Source of the DNA: Coraliomargarita sp.
GTDB lineage: Bacteria > Verrucomicrobiota > Verrucomicrobiia > Opitutales > Coraliomargaritaceae
Reading direction: 5' to 3'
DNA length: 64,000 nt
Assembly (NCBI GenBank): GCA_965216325.1
Contig: OZ244160.1
Location: forward strand, 1,632,001 to 1,696,000
Within the stretch, counting starts at the first letter, position 1. Every line of letters begins with the position of its first letter. The notes below the pieces were generated by a model, which saw only the letters and a program-made list of their open reading frames with translations, searched no databases and was not told the origin of the DNA. Below are positions 20,798-31,191 of the stretch, one piece after another. Made by a program: the position numbers and the translations under genes.

Positions 20798-22077
20798 TAG
20801 GCGACAACGACTAGATTTGGAAGTGCTGCCCGCAATGCCGCGAGTTGCTCCTCGGAACAGGTCCCTTTAGACAACTCCAGCTGCTCAAGACTTCCAAGCT
20901 CCTGCAACGCTTCAACATTCTGCAAGGTTGCGCCCTTCAACATCAAGCGCTTGAGATAGGGCTGTTCCGACAACGCCCCCAGATCGACATTCTCTAATTC
21001 TCGCGCGTCGATCAATTCAAGCTGAGGGATCAGCGGCAGCGTATTGAAATCAACTCGACCCGCGCGCACCAGCGACAAGCGCTTTAGGTAAGGCTTGCGC
21101 GCGAGCGGCGACAAATCCGTTACTAAACTCGAACCAACATCGATTTTCTGTAATCCAGTTGCATCACTTAAAGGAGCTAGATCGGTAAGCGCTGTCGAGG
21201 ACACGCTCAAGTCCTGAAGGTAGGGTTTGCCCGCCAAAGCACCGATTTCGCTAACCGCAGTGTTCTGCAGATAAGCAATCCGAAGATAACTCATTCCCGC
21301 AAGCCCGTCGATATTCGCCAACTGCTCATTTCTCGACATAGCGACACGCTCCATCAGCAAACAATTCCGCAGAAAATCCAATGAACTCAGCGCCGACTTG
21401 GAACAACTAAACTCGCGTAGTTGGGTCAATTTCGCCAGCGAAGCCAATGAAGCGTCATTGACCTTGTCGTTGCCCACAATTGACAGCTTTCTAAGTCCAC
21501 TGAGTTCAGCAATAGGCACGTAGGACTCAATCGCAACATCCGCATTCCCGACACTCAACGCCTGCACTGCGTGCATCGAACGAAGAAAATCCAAGGATCC
21601 AATCCCCGACTCCGGCACATCCAAAAAGCGAAGTTTCGTGCACGCGCGAAGACTGTCCCAATCACTCACAAGCGTCCGATTCAGCCTCAGCGAAACCAAA
21701 TCAGGGCAGTTCTCGAATGGACGCAAGCTCCACGGGCGGTCATGGTTGTTTTGGGAGTAAGCTCCGAAACGGACGAGCTGTTTCAACGAGCCCACTGGTT
21801 CGAGGCTGGTAATCTGCTGATTGCCGTTTGCGAAACCAAGGTAACGCAGCTCTGGAAGCTTAGCGATCGAAGCAAATGCCGCGTCATCAGCATCCTTCGC
21901 GATCTCGACCCCGACATAGGGCCAACTCTTGAGTTCGCGAATCGCAACAACTTCCGTATCACTTAATGGCTGACTGATCCGGATTGAAGAGTTGGAAATC
22001 TTATTACTCGCGGCATCCAGCCCCAGCGATAGGGCAAAAGCTGACAACAAGACGACGTTGAAAAATTTGCGAAACAT
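20794..22077 (-). CDS. Secreted leucine-rich-repeat (internalin-like) protein
   Basis: Signal-peptide-like [22 protein letters not shown] and many LxxLxxLxxLxL repeats. Confidence 0.8.
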   Translation of the reverse strand: MFRKFFNVVLLSAFALSLGLDAASNKISNSSIRISQPLSDTEVVAIRELKSWPYVGVEIAKDADDAAFASIAKLPELRYLGFANGNQQITSLEPVGSLKQLVRFGAYSQNNHDRPWSLRPFENCPDLVSLRLNRTLVSDWDSLRACTKLRFLDVPESGIGSLDFLRSMHAVQALSVGNADVAIESYVPIAELSGLRKLSIVGNDKVNDASLASLAKLTQLREFSCSKSALSSLDFLRNCLLMERVAMSRNEQLANIDGLAGMSYLRIAYLQNTAVSEIGALAGKPYLQDLSVSSTALTDLAPLSDATGLQKIDVGSSLVTDLSPLARKPYLKRLSLVRAGRVDFNTLPLIPQLELIDARELENVDLGALSEQPYLKRLMLKGATLQNVEALQELGSLEQLELSKGTCSEEQLAALRAALPNLVVVAY

Positions 22078-22193
22078 GCCAACAACCAAGACAAGAATTA
22101 GACTTTCGCACAACCATCGAAAGGCCCTTTTTGCACTTGAACTTACAGGCCAATGCCGAATCCTAACGCAAAGATTAACCAACTACTTTTATT

Positions 22194-22640
22194 ATGGGCC
22201 TCTTCGACAAAGTAAAATCCATGGCAAATGCCATCACTGGTAACGCAGCTAAAGTCTCTCTGACGGCAGCCCCTGTCCGCATTGGCGAGCCATTCGAGCT
22301 TACGATCCAAGCACTCGCCAACGACAGCGAGGTTAACTACAGCCGCGTTTACGTAAAAGTGCGTGGCCGCGAAAAGGTCGAGCTGCACGATCGCGACAGC
22401 GATGGCACCGAACGCATTCGCCGCAAGGAAACCACTTACGAATCGGAAATCGTCGCCGAGGGCGCAGGCACACTCGCAGCCAACGAAAATCAAACCTGGA
22501 CCTGCGAGCTGACCATTCCAAGCACCGCGCCAGCCTTCTATCGAGGTAAATATGCGGAGCACTATTACGAAGTCCAAGCTGGTCTAGACTGCACTGGCAA
22601 CGACCCGGATTCCGGCTGGGTCCGCCTTCATCTCGCCTAA
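22194..22640 (+). CDS. Spo0M/arrestin-N-like beta-sandwich protein
   Basis: MGLFDKVK.. amphipathic start, beta-strand pattern, C-terminal GLD..GNDP. Family assigned from memory. Confidence 0.55.
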   Translation: MGLFDKVKSMANAITGNAAKVSLTAAPVRIGEPFELTIQALANDSEVNYSRVYVKVRGREKVELHDRDSDGTERIRRKETTYESEIVAEGAGTLAANENQTWTCELTIPSTAPAFYRGKYAEHYYEVQAGLDCTGNDPDSGWVRLHLA

Positions 22641-22664
22641 GCTCAACCGCAATTTAACAACACT

Positions 22665-23807
22665 ATGGCAGCAGACAGTTTCACCGAAGTAAGCAGCGAA
22701 TCTTGGTTCTCTCGCATTGGAAATTCAATTAAAGGCATTGTTGTCGGCATCGTATTGATTGTCGTCTCAATCGGCCTGCTTAGCTGGAACGAGGGACGCG
22801 CCGTCAAGCGCTACAAGACCCTCAACGAAGGCGCGGGAGCGGTGATCTCCCTCCAGTCTGCCAGCGTCGACAGCACTAAAGACGGAAAACTTGTGCACAC
22901 AACTGGCTTTGCATCGACCGAAGATCGGCCCACCGACGCAGTATTCGGCCTCTCATGCAACGCCCTGCAATTGATCCGCTCGGTTGAAATGTATCAGTGG
23001 CAAGAGAACAAAAGCGAAGAAACAAAGAAGAAGCTCGGCGGCGGCACGGAGACCGTGACGACTTACAACTACGTCAAAGAGTGGAGCTCTCACCACCAGA
23101 ATTCCGCCAACTTCAAAGAGCCAACCGGCCACAGCAACCCAGACTTTGCCTACAACAGTCAAACCTTTACAGCCAAACCAGTTACACTTGGTGCCTACAC
23201 GCTGACAGACTCACAGGTAAACAGCATCGGCGGAGCACAGCCATTTACTTTTCCATCAGACTATAAAAGTCCGGCCTCCCTCGGCCAAGCAACAGTCAGC
23301 GGCACTACGATCTACATCGGTAAAGACCCCAGCGCCCCCGCAATCGGCGATCTCCGTATCAGCTTCAAAGAGGTGCCCCAACAGGATATCAGCCTCGTTG
23401 CCGCTCAAATCGGCAGCACCTTTGAACCTTACCTAACCGAGGCAGGTGGCACTATCAGCCTACTCGAACGCGGAACGGTGTCTGCCGGTGCGATGTTCCA
23501 AACCGCACAAGACAGCAACAAGACCCTCACATGGATTCTGCGCGGCGCCGGCCTCTTCCTAATGTGCATCGGTTTCAATATGATCATGGCACCACTCTCC
23601 GTGCTAGCCGATATCGTTCCCTTTATCGGAAATCTAGTCGGAGCAGGCACAGCCATCGTCGCAATGCTACTGACCGCAGTTGCAGGGCTCATCACCATTG
23701 CAGTCGCATGGATCGTATTTCGTCCAATCTTGGCAGTAAGCTTACTACTCATCGCTGGAGGAGCACTCTTCATGATCTTTAGCAAGATGAAGGCAAAAAG
23801 CGCCTAA
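22665..23807 (+). CDS. TMEM43 (LUMA)-family membrane protein
   Basis: SWFSRIGNSIKG, WNEGRAV, VEMYQWQE, IGDLRISF, TWILR and C-terminal TMs. Confidence 0.85.
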   Translation: MAADSFTEVSSESWFSRIGNSIKGIVVGIVLIVVSIGLLSWNEGRAVKRYKTLNEGAGAVISLQSASVDSTKDGKLVHTTGFASTEDRPTDAVFGLSCNALQLIRSVEMYQWQENKSEETKKKLGGGTETVTTYNYVKEWSSHHQNSANFKEPTGHSNPDFAYNSQTFTAKPVTLGAYTLTDSQVNSIGGAQPFTFPSDYKSPASLGQATVSGTTIYIGKDPSAPAIGDLRISFKEVPQQDISLVAAQIGSTFEPYLTEAGGTISLLERGTVSAGAMFQTAQDSNKTLTWILRGAGLFLMCIGFNMIMAPLSVLADIVPFIGNLVGAGTAIVAMLLTAVAGLITIAVAWIVFRPILAVSLLLIAGGALFMIFSKMKAKSA

Positions 23808-23879
23808 GCTCACCTCTTATCTTAACTGTTTCAAAGAGCAGCTTGCCCACGCCGGACTGCGCTGTCTTCATGCAGTGGC

Positions 23880-24329
23880 ATGCTGGCAATTGAGACAGTC
23901 ATCCCTTTCGTGATCGCCTCCATCGGGCTCGCGATCGCCCCCGGTCCGGACAACATCTTCGTCCTCACTCAATCGATCACCCACGGCCCCAGAGCCGGGA
24001 TTCTCGTCGTGCTAGGGCTCTGCACCGGCCTGATCGCCCATACGCTCGCCGTCACGCTCGGCTTGGCAGCTCTGTTTCAGAACTCAGTCCTAGCGTTCAC
24101 CTTGCTGAAGCGCACAGGTGCCGCCTATCTGCTGTTCCTCGCATGGCAGGCATTCCGAGCTCCGACTCAAGACCTCAGCACCTTCGTCGTCTTTGGGCTC
24201 ATCGCATTGCTCTCCGGCAAACTCAGCAGCGCCCTTAAGCGTTCCCCAAAAGCCCAATCGCGCCTCAACAAACTCGCGGGCCTAATCTTTATCACGCTTG
24301 CATTGAAAATTCTCAGTTCACAGCTATAA
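23880..24329 (+). CDS. LysE/RhtB translocator, apparently internally deleted (possible pseudogene)
   Basis: APGPDN and GAAYL are present. The central NPK...FLPQF segment is absent, giving only 149 aa. Confidence 0.7.
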   Translation: MLAIETVIPFVIASIGLAIAPGPDNIFVLTQSITHGPRAGILVVLGLCTGLIAHTLAVTLGLAALFQNSVLAFTLLKRTGAAYLLFLAWQAFRAPTQDLSTFVVFGLIALLSGKLSSALKRSPKAQSRLNKLAGLIFITLALKILSSQL

Positions 24330-24336
24330 TTGAGCT

Positions 24337-25062
24337 GTGCCATTGCTGAAACCGCTCCTCAATGCGACTGCCGACCTGCTCTTCCCACGCAGCTGCGTGC
24401 ACTGCGCCGATATTGTTGAAGACTCCCCCTACGAATTTCTCTGCCGCCACTGTGCCCGAGAGATCTTCTTTTCGACTCCACCCGCCTGTAGTCACTGTGG
24501 CTATCCCTACTGGGGCCAACTCGCCGGCCACAAGGTCTGCCCCCACTGCGTCGAGCTGAATCCGGCCTTCGACGAGGGTAAGACCCTGTTTCTGGCCAAA
24601 GGGCCCGCGCGCAGCCTACTCCATACACTCAAATATCAGGACGGCTTCTATGTGCTGCGCGACATCGCCCGCATGACTACCGAACAGACACATTATCAGG
24701 ACTATCTGCAGGATGCCCACCTGATCCCCGTGCCACTCCATGCCGACAAAGCGCGCGAGCGCGGCTTCAATCAAAGCGCAAAGATCGCCCAAATGCTGGC
24801 AAAAACCGCTCAATCCAAGCTCTCAGAGCTCCTAATCCGCACCAAATATACCCAAACACAGACTCGGCTCGACCGGAAATCCCGTCACCAAAACGTAAAA
24901 AATGCCTTTGCGTTGGCACCGGATGCAGTTGTAATCCCCACCCAACAATACATTCTCATCGACGACGTGTTCACCACCGGTTCGACCCTCAACGCCTGCG
25001 CCAGCGTCCTCCGCAAAGCAGGCGCCAAATACCTGAAGGTCGCCACCATCGGACACGGCTAA
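24337..25062 (+). CDS. comF: ComF-family protein (double zinc ribbon + phosphoribosyltransferase)
   Basis: Four CxxC motifs, [25 protein letters not shown]. Confidence 0.9.
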   Translation: MPLLKPLLNATADLLFPRSCVHCADIVEDSPYEFLCRHCAREIFFSTPPACSHCGYPYWGQLAGHKVCPHCVELNPAFDEGKTLFLAKGPARSLLHTLKYQDGFYVLRDIARMTTEQTHYQDYLQDAHLIPVPLHADKARERGFNQSAKIAQMLAKTAQSKLSELLIRTKYTQTQTRLDRKSRHQNVKNAFALAPDAVVIPTQQYILIDDVFTTGSTLNACASVLRKAGAKYLKVATIGHG

Positions 25063-25111
25063 TCAATTTCTACCTTAACACATTTTCCTTTCACACCTTC
25101 CCACCTGAATT

Positions 25112-25969
25112 ATGGCACTTTTCGGCAAACCACAGTATTCGACCGTCACCGTTAAGAAGAAGGACATCCCCAAAGACCTTTGGACCAAATGCCCGAAGAC
25201 CGGCGAAATCATCTACAATAAGGTTCTCAAAGAAAACCTTATGGTTGTGCCCAACAGCGGCTACCACTTCCCAATCGATGCCCGCACACGCATCGCATCG
25301 ATGCTCGACGAGGGTTCTTTTGAGGAAATGGACACAGGTGTGAGCTCACTCGACCCACTCGAGTTCAACGCCACCGCTTCTTACCCGGAAAAGCTCAAGG
25401 CCAGCCAAGCAAAGACCAAGGAAACCGATACAGTTATCTCTGGAATGGGCACGATGGACGGTATGCCTGTCAGCCTCGCAGTGATGGACTTCCGCTTCAT
25501 GGCCGCCTCGCTTGGTTCTGCGGCCGGCGAAAAGTTGACCCGTGCAATCGAACGCGGCCTCGAAAAGAAGTGCCCGGTCATCATCGTTTGCGCCTCCGGT
25601 GGTGCTCGCATGCAGGAAGGCATCCTGAGCCTCATGCAGATGGCAAAGACCAGTGCGGCGCTTGCCCGTCTCTCCGAAGCAGGCCTGCCTTACATTTCCA
25701 TCCTGACCAATCCAACCATGGCAGGTGTCATGGCGAGCTTCGCTTCCTTGGGTGATGTCATCATCGCCGAACCCGAAGCCCTCATCGGTTTCGCTGGCCC
25801 ACGCGTGATCAAGGAAACCACTCAACAGGATCTGCCGGCAGGCTTCCAAACCTCGGAGTTCCTACTCGATCGCGGACTGATCGACATGATCACACCACGC
25901 GGCGAAATGCGCGACAGCCTAATCGGCCTGCTCAAGGCCTTCGGCAACAACACCGCGAAATCCGCTTAA
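25112..25969 (+). CDS. accD: Acetyl-CoA carboxylase carboxyltransferase beta subunit
   Basis: [37 protein letters not shown]. Confidence 0.96.
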   Translation: MALFGKPQYSTVTVKKKDIPKDLWTKCPKTGEIIYNKVLKENLMVVPNSGYHFPIDARTRIASMLDEGSFEEMDTGVSSLDPLEFNATASYPEKLKASQAKTKETDTVISGMGTMDGMPVSLAVMDFRFMAASLGSAAGEKLTRAIERGLEKKCPVIIVCASGGARMQEGILSLMQMAKTSAALARLSEAGLPYISILTNPTMAGVMASFASLGDVIIAEPEALIGFAGPRVIKETTQQDLPAGFQTSEFLLDRGLIDMITPRGEMRDSLIGLLKAFGNNTAKSA

Positions 25970-25980
25970 GTTAGTTTGGA

Positions 25981-26043
25981 TTGGAGGGCAACGCTCCGTC
26001 GTTGCCACCAGACGTGCGGCAACGACAGAGCGTTGCCCTCCAA
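25981..26043. repeat. GGAG-type REP doublet
   Basis: TTGGAGGGCAACGCTCCGTCGTTGCC ... GGCAACGACAGAGCGTTGCCCTCCAA. Confidence 0.85.
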
Positions 26044-26044
26044 C

Positions 26045-27313
26045 ATGAAGTCATTTGCAGACACCCGCGAGTATCTCTATTCGCTCAAAAACGCCGGCTC
26101 CAAGTATGGCATCGACCGCATGCGCCTGCTCGTCGAAGCGCTCGGACATCCGGAAAAACAATTCCCGCTCATTCACGTTGCAGGCACCAACGGCAAGGGC
26201 TCCGTCTGCGCCATGCTGGAGTCGCTGTATCGAACAAACGGATACAAAACCGGATTCTTCAGCTCCCCGCACCTGGTGCACCTCGGCGAACGCGCACAAG
26301 TGAACCGTCAGATCCTCACCGAATCCGGCATCGTCGAATACACCAAGCAGCTCAAGCCCATCGCAGCCAAACTCGGCAAAGAAGACCCCGACTGTCATCC
26401 GTCCTTCTTCGAATTCATGGCGGCCATGGCCTTCCAACGCTTTGCCTCGGAACAAGTCGACATCGCTTGCATCGAAACAGGTCTAGGCGGCAGACTCGAC
26501 GCCACGAACGTCGTTGACCCAGAGCTCTCAATCATCACTACCGTCAGCCTCGATCACACCGAGTTGCTTGGGGACCGCATTGAGATCATCGCCCGCGAAA
26601 AAGCCGGCATCATCAAACCCGGTAAGCCGGTTCTCATTGGACGACTTCCCGCAGAAGCCGAATCGGTCGTGCGCGAAATTGCTACTGAGCGAGGCAGCAC
26701 CGTTTACGCATTGCGAGATCGATTCCCCGACGAATCCACACTCCCGGCAACGAACCTTGCAGGCTCCTTCCAACGCTGGAATGCAGCCCTCGCGCTCTAC
26801 GCCACCGAACTACTGGCAGATCGCTTTCCAATTCAATCAACTGCAGGACTCAAGCAAATCGACTGGCCCGGCCGCTGGCAGCGCATCCCACTCAAAGACC
26901 GCACCCTGATTCTTGACGCCACGCATAATCCCGAAGGAGCACAGATGTTGGCAGAAAATCTCAGCCAATTGGACGAGAAACCGATCATCGTAGCCGGCAC
27001 ACTCGGCGAAGACCGTGGCCGCAGTTTAATGGACGCAATCGCTCCCTATGCAAAAGAGCTCCACCTGGTCCAACCCAACCAACCACGGGCCACAACGACT
27101 AGATTCCTAGAGAGCTGCCTGCCCGCGGACCGAGACTTTAGCGTCACCCACAGCTCACTCGAGCAAGTGATCCCTGCACCACAAAGCTGCAGCCTCGGCA
27201 TGCCAGGCGACACGATCGTTCTCACTGGATCGCTCTACCTGATCGGCGAAGCCCTCGAACGCCTGCAGGCGGAGCGGCCCAAAGAACTCGGCAGCCTTCA
27301 GGATTTGTTATAA
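26045..27313 (+). CDS. folC: Folylpolyglutamate synthase / dihydrofolate synthase
   Basis: [42 protein letters not shown]. Confidence 0.95.
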   Translation: MKSFADTREYLYSLKNAGSKYGIDRMRLLVEALGHPEKQFPLIHVAGTNGKGSVCAMLESLYRTNGYKTGFFSSPHLVHLGERAQVNRQILTESGIVEYTKQLKPIAAKLGKEDPDCHPSFFEFMAAMAFQRFASEQVDIACIETGLGGRLDATNVVDPELSIITTVSLDHTELLGDRIEIIAREKAGIIKPGKPVLIGRLPAEAESVVREIATERGSTVYALRDRFPDESTLPATNLAGSFQRWNAALALYATELLADRFPIQSTAGLKQIDWPGRWQRIPLKDRTLILDATHNPEGAQMLAENLSQLDEKPIIVAGTLGEDRGRSLMDAIAPYAKELHLVQPNQPRATTTRFLESCLPADRDFSVTHSSLEQVIPAPQSCSLGMPGDTIVLTGSLYLIGEALERLQAERPKELGSLQDLL

Positions 27314-27341
27314 AATAGAGCCCACTAATCTCACCAATCAA

Positions 27342-27388
27342 CACGAATGACATAAGCTTCCTTCGTGAAGATTCGTGTAATTCGTGGG
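27342..27388. repeat. CACGAA short-repeat hairpin cluster between convergent genes
   Basis: CACGAATG followed by TTCGTG three times. Confidence 0.5.
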
Positions 27389-27405
27389 CGCCCCCCTCAG
27401 CCAAA

Positions 27406-27966
27406 CTACAAATCCACTTTAATCGCTTCGCGCTCGACCGGATCGACCTCAAAGAACTCCTCCGCCTCGGGCGGAAAACCAAACATGTTGGCCACGATGT
27501 TACTCGGGAAGCTCTGCGTTTTATTGCGATAATCACGCACGTTGCCATTGTAAAAACGGCGCGCTGCTTGAATGCGATCCTCCGTGTTAATCAACTCTTC
27601 CTGTAACTGACGAAAGTTCGCATCGGCCTTTAGATCGGGATACGACTCCGACAACGCAAACAGGCCATTCAAACTCGAAACCAGACGCTTCTCCGTGCTC
27701 GCCTGCTCGACCGGTGAACCGTTGTTGGCACGGCATTGGTTACGCAACGCAATGACCTTTTCTAAAGTATCCCGCTCGTGCTTCGCGTAGGCCTTGGTCG
27801 TCTCCACTAAATTGGGGATCAGATCATAACGACGCTTCAACTCCGTATCAATATTCGCCCACGCATCACGGATGTGATTCCGAATCGCGACCAAGCCATT
27901 ATAGGTTACGATCAAGAACATGACGGGCAACCCGACCACCAAAAGAAGAATAACTAGACCAGCCAT
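27406..27966 (-). CDS. lemA: LemA family protein
   Basis: TM, YN.LV, LKRRYDLIPNLV, YPDLKA, ARRFYN, FPSN. Confidence 0.95.
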   Translation of the reverse strand: MAGLVILLLVVGLPVMFLIVTYNGLVAIRNHIRDAWANIDTELKRRYDLIPNLVETTKAYAKHERDTLEKVIALRNQCRANNGSPVEQASTEKRLVSSLNGLFALSESYPDLKADANFRQLQEELINTEDRIQAARRFYNGNVRDYRNKTQSFPSNIVANMFGFPPEAEEFFEVDPVEREAIKVDL

Positions 27967-27987
27967 ATAAGTCTTTATATGGCAGCG

Positions 27988-28656
27988 TTAGCGCGTGAAC
28001 AGATAATTCGGCATCAGCGAGCGGATGCGTTGAATCCGAGTGATGTTCGGACGGATCTGCTCGACAGCCAATCGCCCACGAAAGGTCAGAGACAAGACAT
28101 CGCGCTCGACTTCGATGATCAGATTCTGCTGGGTCAGCAGAAACTCAATCATCTGTGCGTTGCAGAAATCGTAGGCGAACTTCTTATCCCGCGACTTCAC
28201 ACTGTATCGCTTGGAAAACTCATGCGACTCAAAGTCGATATCATCAAATCCAAGCATCTGCCCCAACTTTGAGAATAAGCCCTCAGGCTTAATGATCAGT
28301 TCTGGGAAACGCTCTGACAGCTGCAAGGTGAAGACGGAGAACCAGTGGTGATTTGTCTGCCGACGCCCCTTGCTGTCACGCGAATAGGTCTCGTAGTGAT
28401 AATCGAAGATGTAGGCACGTCGGCCATCCAGCTCACCATACAGAATGTTCTCGGCATAGCGATTCGACCCGTCGTCAAGATGCTGGAGGAAGTGAAATTT
28501 ATCAGCGAGACTGGTATCACGCTCAGACTGGAAGCGAAAGCCCAACTCTAGGGCCAGAAGCTGGAAGGCTTCACGGCGCTTCTTCGCCTGAATCGCACCG
28601 AAGACAATCAGCCCAATGACTAGAGCAGCAAATCCGATAAAGATGAGTGGCGTCAT
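27988..28656 (-). CDS. Hypothetical membrane-anchored protein upstream of lemA
   Basis: N-terminal TM, FDYHY, DIDFES.EFSKRY; co-oriented with lemA. Confidence 0.75.
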   Translation of the reverse strand: MTPLIFIGFAALVIGLIVFGAIQAKKRREAFQLLALELGFRFQSERDTSLADKFHFLQHLDDGSNRYAENILYGELDGRRAYIFDYHYETYSRDSKGRRQTNHHWFSVFTLQLSERFPELIIKPEGLFSKLGQMLGFDDIDFESHEFSKRYSVKSRDKKFAYDFCNAQMIEFLLTQQNLIIEVERDVLSLTFRGRLAVEQIRPNITRIQRIRSLMPNYLFTR

Positions 28657-28684
28657 GGTGTGGCACTCAACTCAAATGACAGGC

Positions 28685-29575
28685 TTAGTTCAAGCGCTTA
28701 ACTAAAAGTGTATAGGCTTTCACAAAATCGCCAGCCGACACGAAGTGTATGTCCCGCGCATATCCACCCGGAATACTCACCACCTGAAAATCCGAACCTG
28801 CGCTGCGATCACTAGTCGAACGGAAGTCACAGCCCACTTTAATATCCAAATCGCGGTCGGTTATATTTTGAATGCGCACCCAAACCCGAAGCCGATCGCC
28901 ATCGATTGGATGTGCTTCAATCCGGTCTAAACGAACGGCCGAAGAGAAGGCCCGCGACAAGCGCACATTATCCGGCACCAGCACCACTCCACCCCAGTCA
29001 CGCTGCGCAAGTAGACCCATTTCAATGACGGTCGGCGCCACAACAACCACTTCTTCTACCTCAGCAGTTTCCAGAACCGGTGCAGCCAGCTCAGCTACTG
29101 GAACCTCGACAACAATCTCGGCCTGCTCCGCAACAACAGAGCTCTCCACCGACAGCGTCGGCTCTTGTTTCATCACAGTTGGCAGCTCCTCATGAACAAC
29201 CGCCCCACTGCTCAAGCTTGGCCTTGCCACCTCCCGAACTTCGGGAGCACGGATGCCTTCCTTCAGATAGGTAATCGAATCGCTAAACTCGGTCTTATCA
29301 TCTACAACATGGGGCAATGCTCCAGTCGCTTCAGCCTCTTCCTCTGACACAAGCAAGCGTTCCGCGGTCTCATTCAACTCCGGCAACTGCTCTCTTCCAA
29401 GAAACAGCCATAGGCCAATCGCACCCATGACGACGACCAGGATGAAGGGCAGGACCCATCCTTTAGTCGATGTATCATCCGTTCCGTGTATTTGCCCAGG
29501 CGTCAGCTCGGAATCCGCGAGTTCTTCAAAACTAATGCTCATTTGGGGTCTTGGGTAAGGGGTTTGAGCATTCAT
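28685..29575 (-). CDS. Hypothetical single-TM protein with an acidic/Val-rich linker and a C-terminal beta (YcfL-like) domain
   Basis: TM WVLPFILVVVMGAIGLWLFL; C-terminal LRVWVRIQN..DIKVGCDF. Confidence 0.65.
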   Translation of the reverse strand: MNAQTPYPRPQMSISFEELADSELTPGQIHGTDDTSTKGWVLPFILVVVMGAIGLWLFLGREQLPELNETAERLLVSEEEAEATGALPHVVDDKTEFSDSITYLKEGIRAPEVREVARPSLSSGAVVHEELPTVMKQEPTLSVESSVVAEQAEIVVEVPVAELAAPVLETAEVEEVVVVAPTVIEMGLLAQRDWGGVVLVPDNVRLSRAFSSAVRLDRIEAHPIDGDRLRVWVRIQNITDRDLDIKVGCDFRSTSDRSAGSDFQVVSIPGGYARDIHFVSAGDFVKAYTLLVKRLN

Positions 29576-29776
29576 TGCTGGAGTATCGGGAAGCCGTCTG
29601 CAAACCCCACAGTCAGCGACAACTCCCTTTCACCATTTAATAACGCCAGATAGCAGTTTGCCCTCACGATTTGTAGATCAGATCACTGACTCAACTCTCA
29701 CGCAAATCCCCTAGATCAAGATGATTTTTCACTGAGAAAGATTGCCTCACCTCCGAGGCATTCTGAGTATCCTAAA

Positions 29777-30619
29777 ATGCCTAAAGAGAAACGAATTGCT
29801 CCAGACTTATTTATTCCCGATTCCGTCGTAGCACCCGAAGCCTACGCGCGTTGCTCACACATGGGCATCGGCGCACACCAGGACGATCTGGAGTTTATGG
29901 CGTTTCATGGCATTAGCAGCTGCTACGACAATGACGGTCTGTGGTTCGGCGGTGTCACCTGTACCGATGGGGGCGGCAGCGCACGGGCTGGAAAATACGC
30001 CGATACAACTGACGACGAAATGAAGGCGATCCGCGCTGACGAACAGCGCAAGGCCGCCGAAATCGGCCAATATAGTTTCGTCAATCAACTCGGACTCAGC
30101 AGCGCCCAAATCAAAGACCCCGAACAACGCAGCACATTGGTCGACCAGCTCGAAACCATCCTGCTGCAATCACAGCCGGAAGTGCTCTACACCCACAACC
30201 CTGCCGATAAGCATGCCACACATGTCGCCGTCTTCTTAGCAGTCATAGAAGCCATTCGACGCATTCCGCCGTATTCGCGCCCGAAGAAAGTCTACGGCTG
30301 TGAAGTCTGGCGCGACCTTGATTGGCTCGCACCCCAAGATAAAATTGCACTCGATGTCAGCGGCCACCCGGACTTGGCCAAACAGCTAAACGCCTGCTTC
30401 GACTCCCAAATCGCTGGCGGTAAGAACTACGGCGACGCCGTCCTTGGCCGTCGCAAAGCCAACGCAACCTTCCACGATTCACACGCCACGGACGTCATTG
30501 ATCAACTCTGGTTCGCAATCGACCTGACGCCACTGGTCGAAAACGAAGCGCTCAGCATCAAAGACTTTATTGAGTCGAAATTGAATGCCTTCACAAACGA
30601 CGTGCTTGATCGGCTCTAA
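29777..30619 (+). CDS. PIG-L/LmbE-family deacetylase
   Basis: GAHQDDLE, TDGG, R..EQ..AA, THNPADKHATH. Confidence 0.88.
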   Translation: MPKEKRIAPDLFIPDSVVAPEAYARCSHMGIGAHQDDLEFMAFHGISSCYDNDGLWFGGVTCTDGGGSARAGKYADTTDDEMKAIRADEQRKAAEIGQYSFVNQLGLSSAQIKDPEQRSTLVDQLETILLQSQPEVLYTHNPADKHATHVAVFLAVIEAIRRIPPYSRPKKVYGCEVWRDLDWLAPQDKIALDVSGHPDLAKQLNACFDSQIAGGKNYGDAVLGRRKANATFHDSHATDVIDQLWFAIDLTPLVENEALSIKDFIESKLNAFTNDVLDRL

Positions 30620-30625
30620 AAGCCT

Positions 30626-30653
30626 CGTAGCGTGCGCACTTGTGCGTCACCAC
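30626..30653 (+). repeat. Single GTAG REP, identical to 35405-35432
   Basis: CGTAGCGTGCGCACTTGTGCGTCACCAC. Confidence 0.85.
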
Positions 30654-30685
30654 CGAGCATCCGCACTCGGCAGTCACACCCTCTT

Positions 30686-31032
30686 TCAGGCGGCAACGGC
30701 AGACTTCACTACTTTTACGTTGAACACGATCACTGTTGAATCCTGATCAGCTGTGGTGGCGCGCACCACCACTCGTGTCGATTCGCCGAAAGCACATTCA
30801 TCGGAAGCCATCAACACTAGGACACCGCGCTGATTCATCACCGAGAGCTCCACAACATCAGCAATTTCGGCTGCCGCAGAAAAACGTAATTCGTCGCACC
30901 AAAGACCTGATTCAGATCAACCAAAGTCGGCCCCAATTCCTCAATCAGCTGAATTTCGACGACATCGCTAAGCGAATTTAAAACAAGTGTATTACAACGA
31001 GCAGTATTCTTTGGTTGGTTAAGTGTATTCAT
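30686..31032 (-). pseudogene. Frameshifted ~115-aa Ig/cadherin-like beta protein
   Basis: One extra base in the A5 run at 30880-30884 joins ...VDLNQVFGATNYVF to SAAAEIADVVELSV...RVVVRATT...VFNVKV; stop at 30686. Confidence 0.65.
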
Positions 31033-31064
31033 GGTTGGCAGCTTGGTTAAATTAATTCTGCCGC

Positions 31065-31099
31065 CATCCTAGCAGAAGAAACCTGAACTAAAGATGAAT
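31065..31099 (-). promoter_or_regulatory. OmpR/PhoB-type box plus extended -10 for the minus-strand gene
   Basis: TTCATCT-ttag-TTCAGGT, then 9 nt (ending TGc), then TAGGAT. Confidence 0.65.
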
Positions 31100-31146
31100 G
31101 CGTTAGATTTCCGCGAAAAAACACTCCACCCGACCCCATTTTCTGG

Positions 31147-31180
31147 ATTCATCTAGCATTCAGGTTAGAGTGTGTATGCT
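31147..31180 (+). promoter_or_regulatory. OmpR/PhoB-type box plus -10 for the DUF1566 gene
   Basis: TTCATCT-agca-TTCAGGT, then 9 nt, then TATGCT. Confidence 0.7.
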
Positions 31181-31191
31181 GCCGTGTTACC

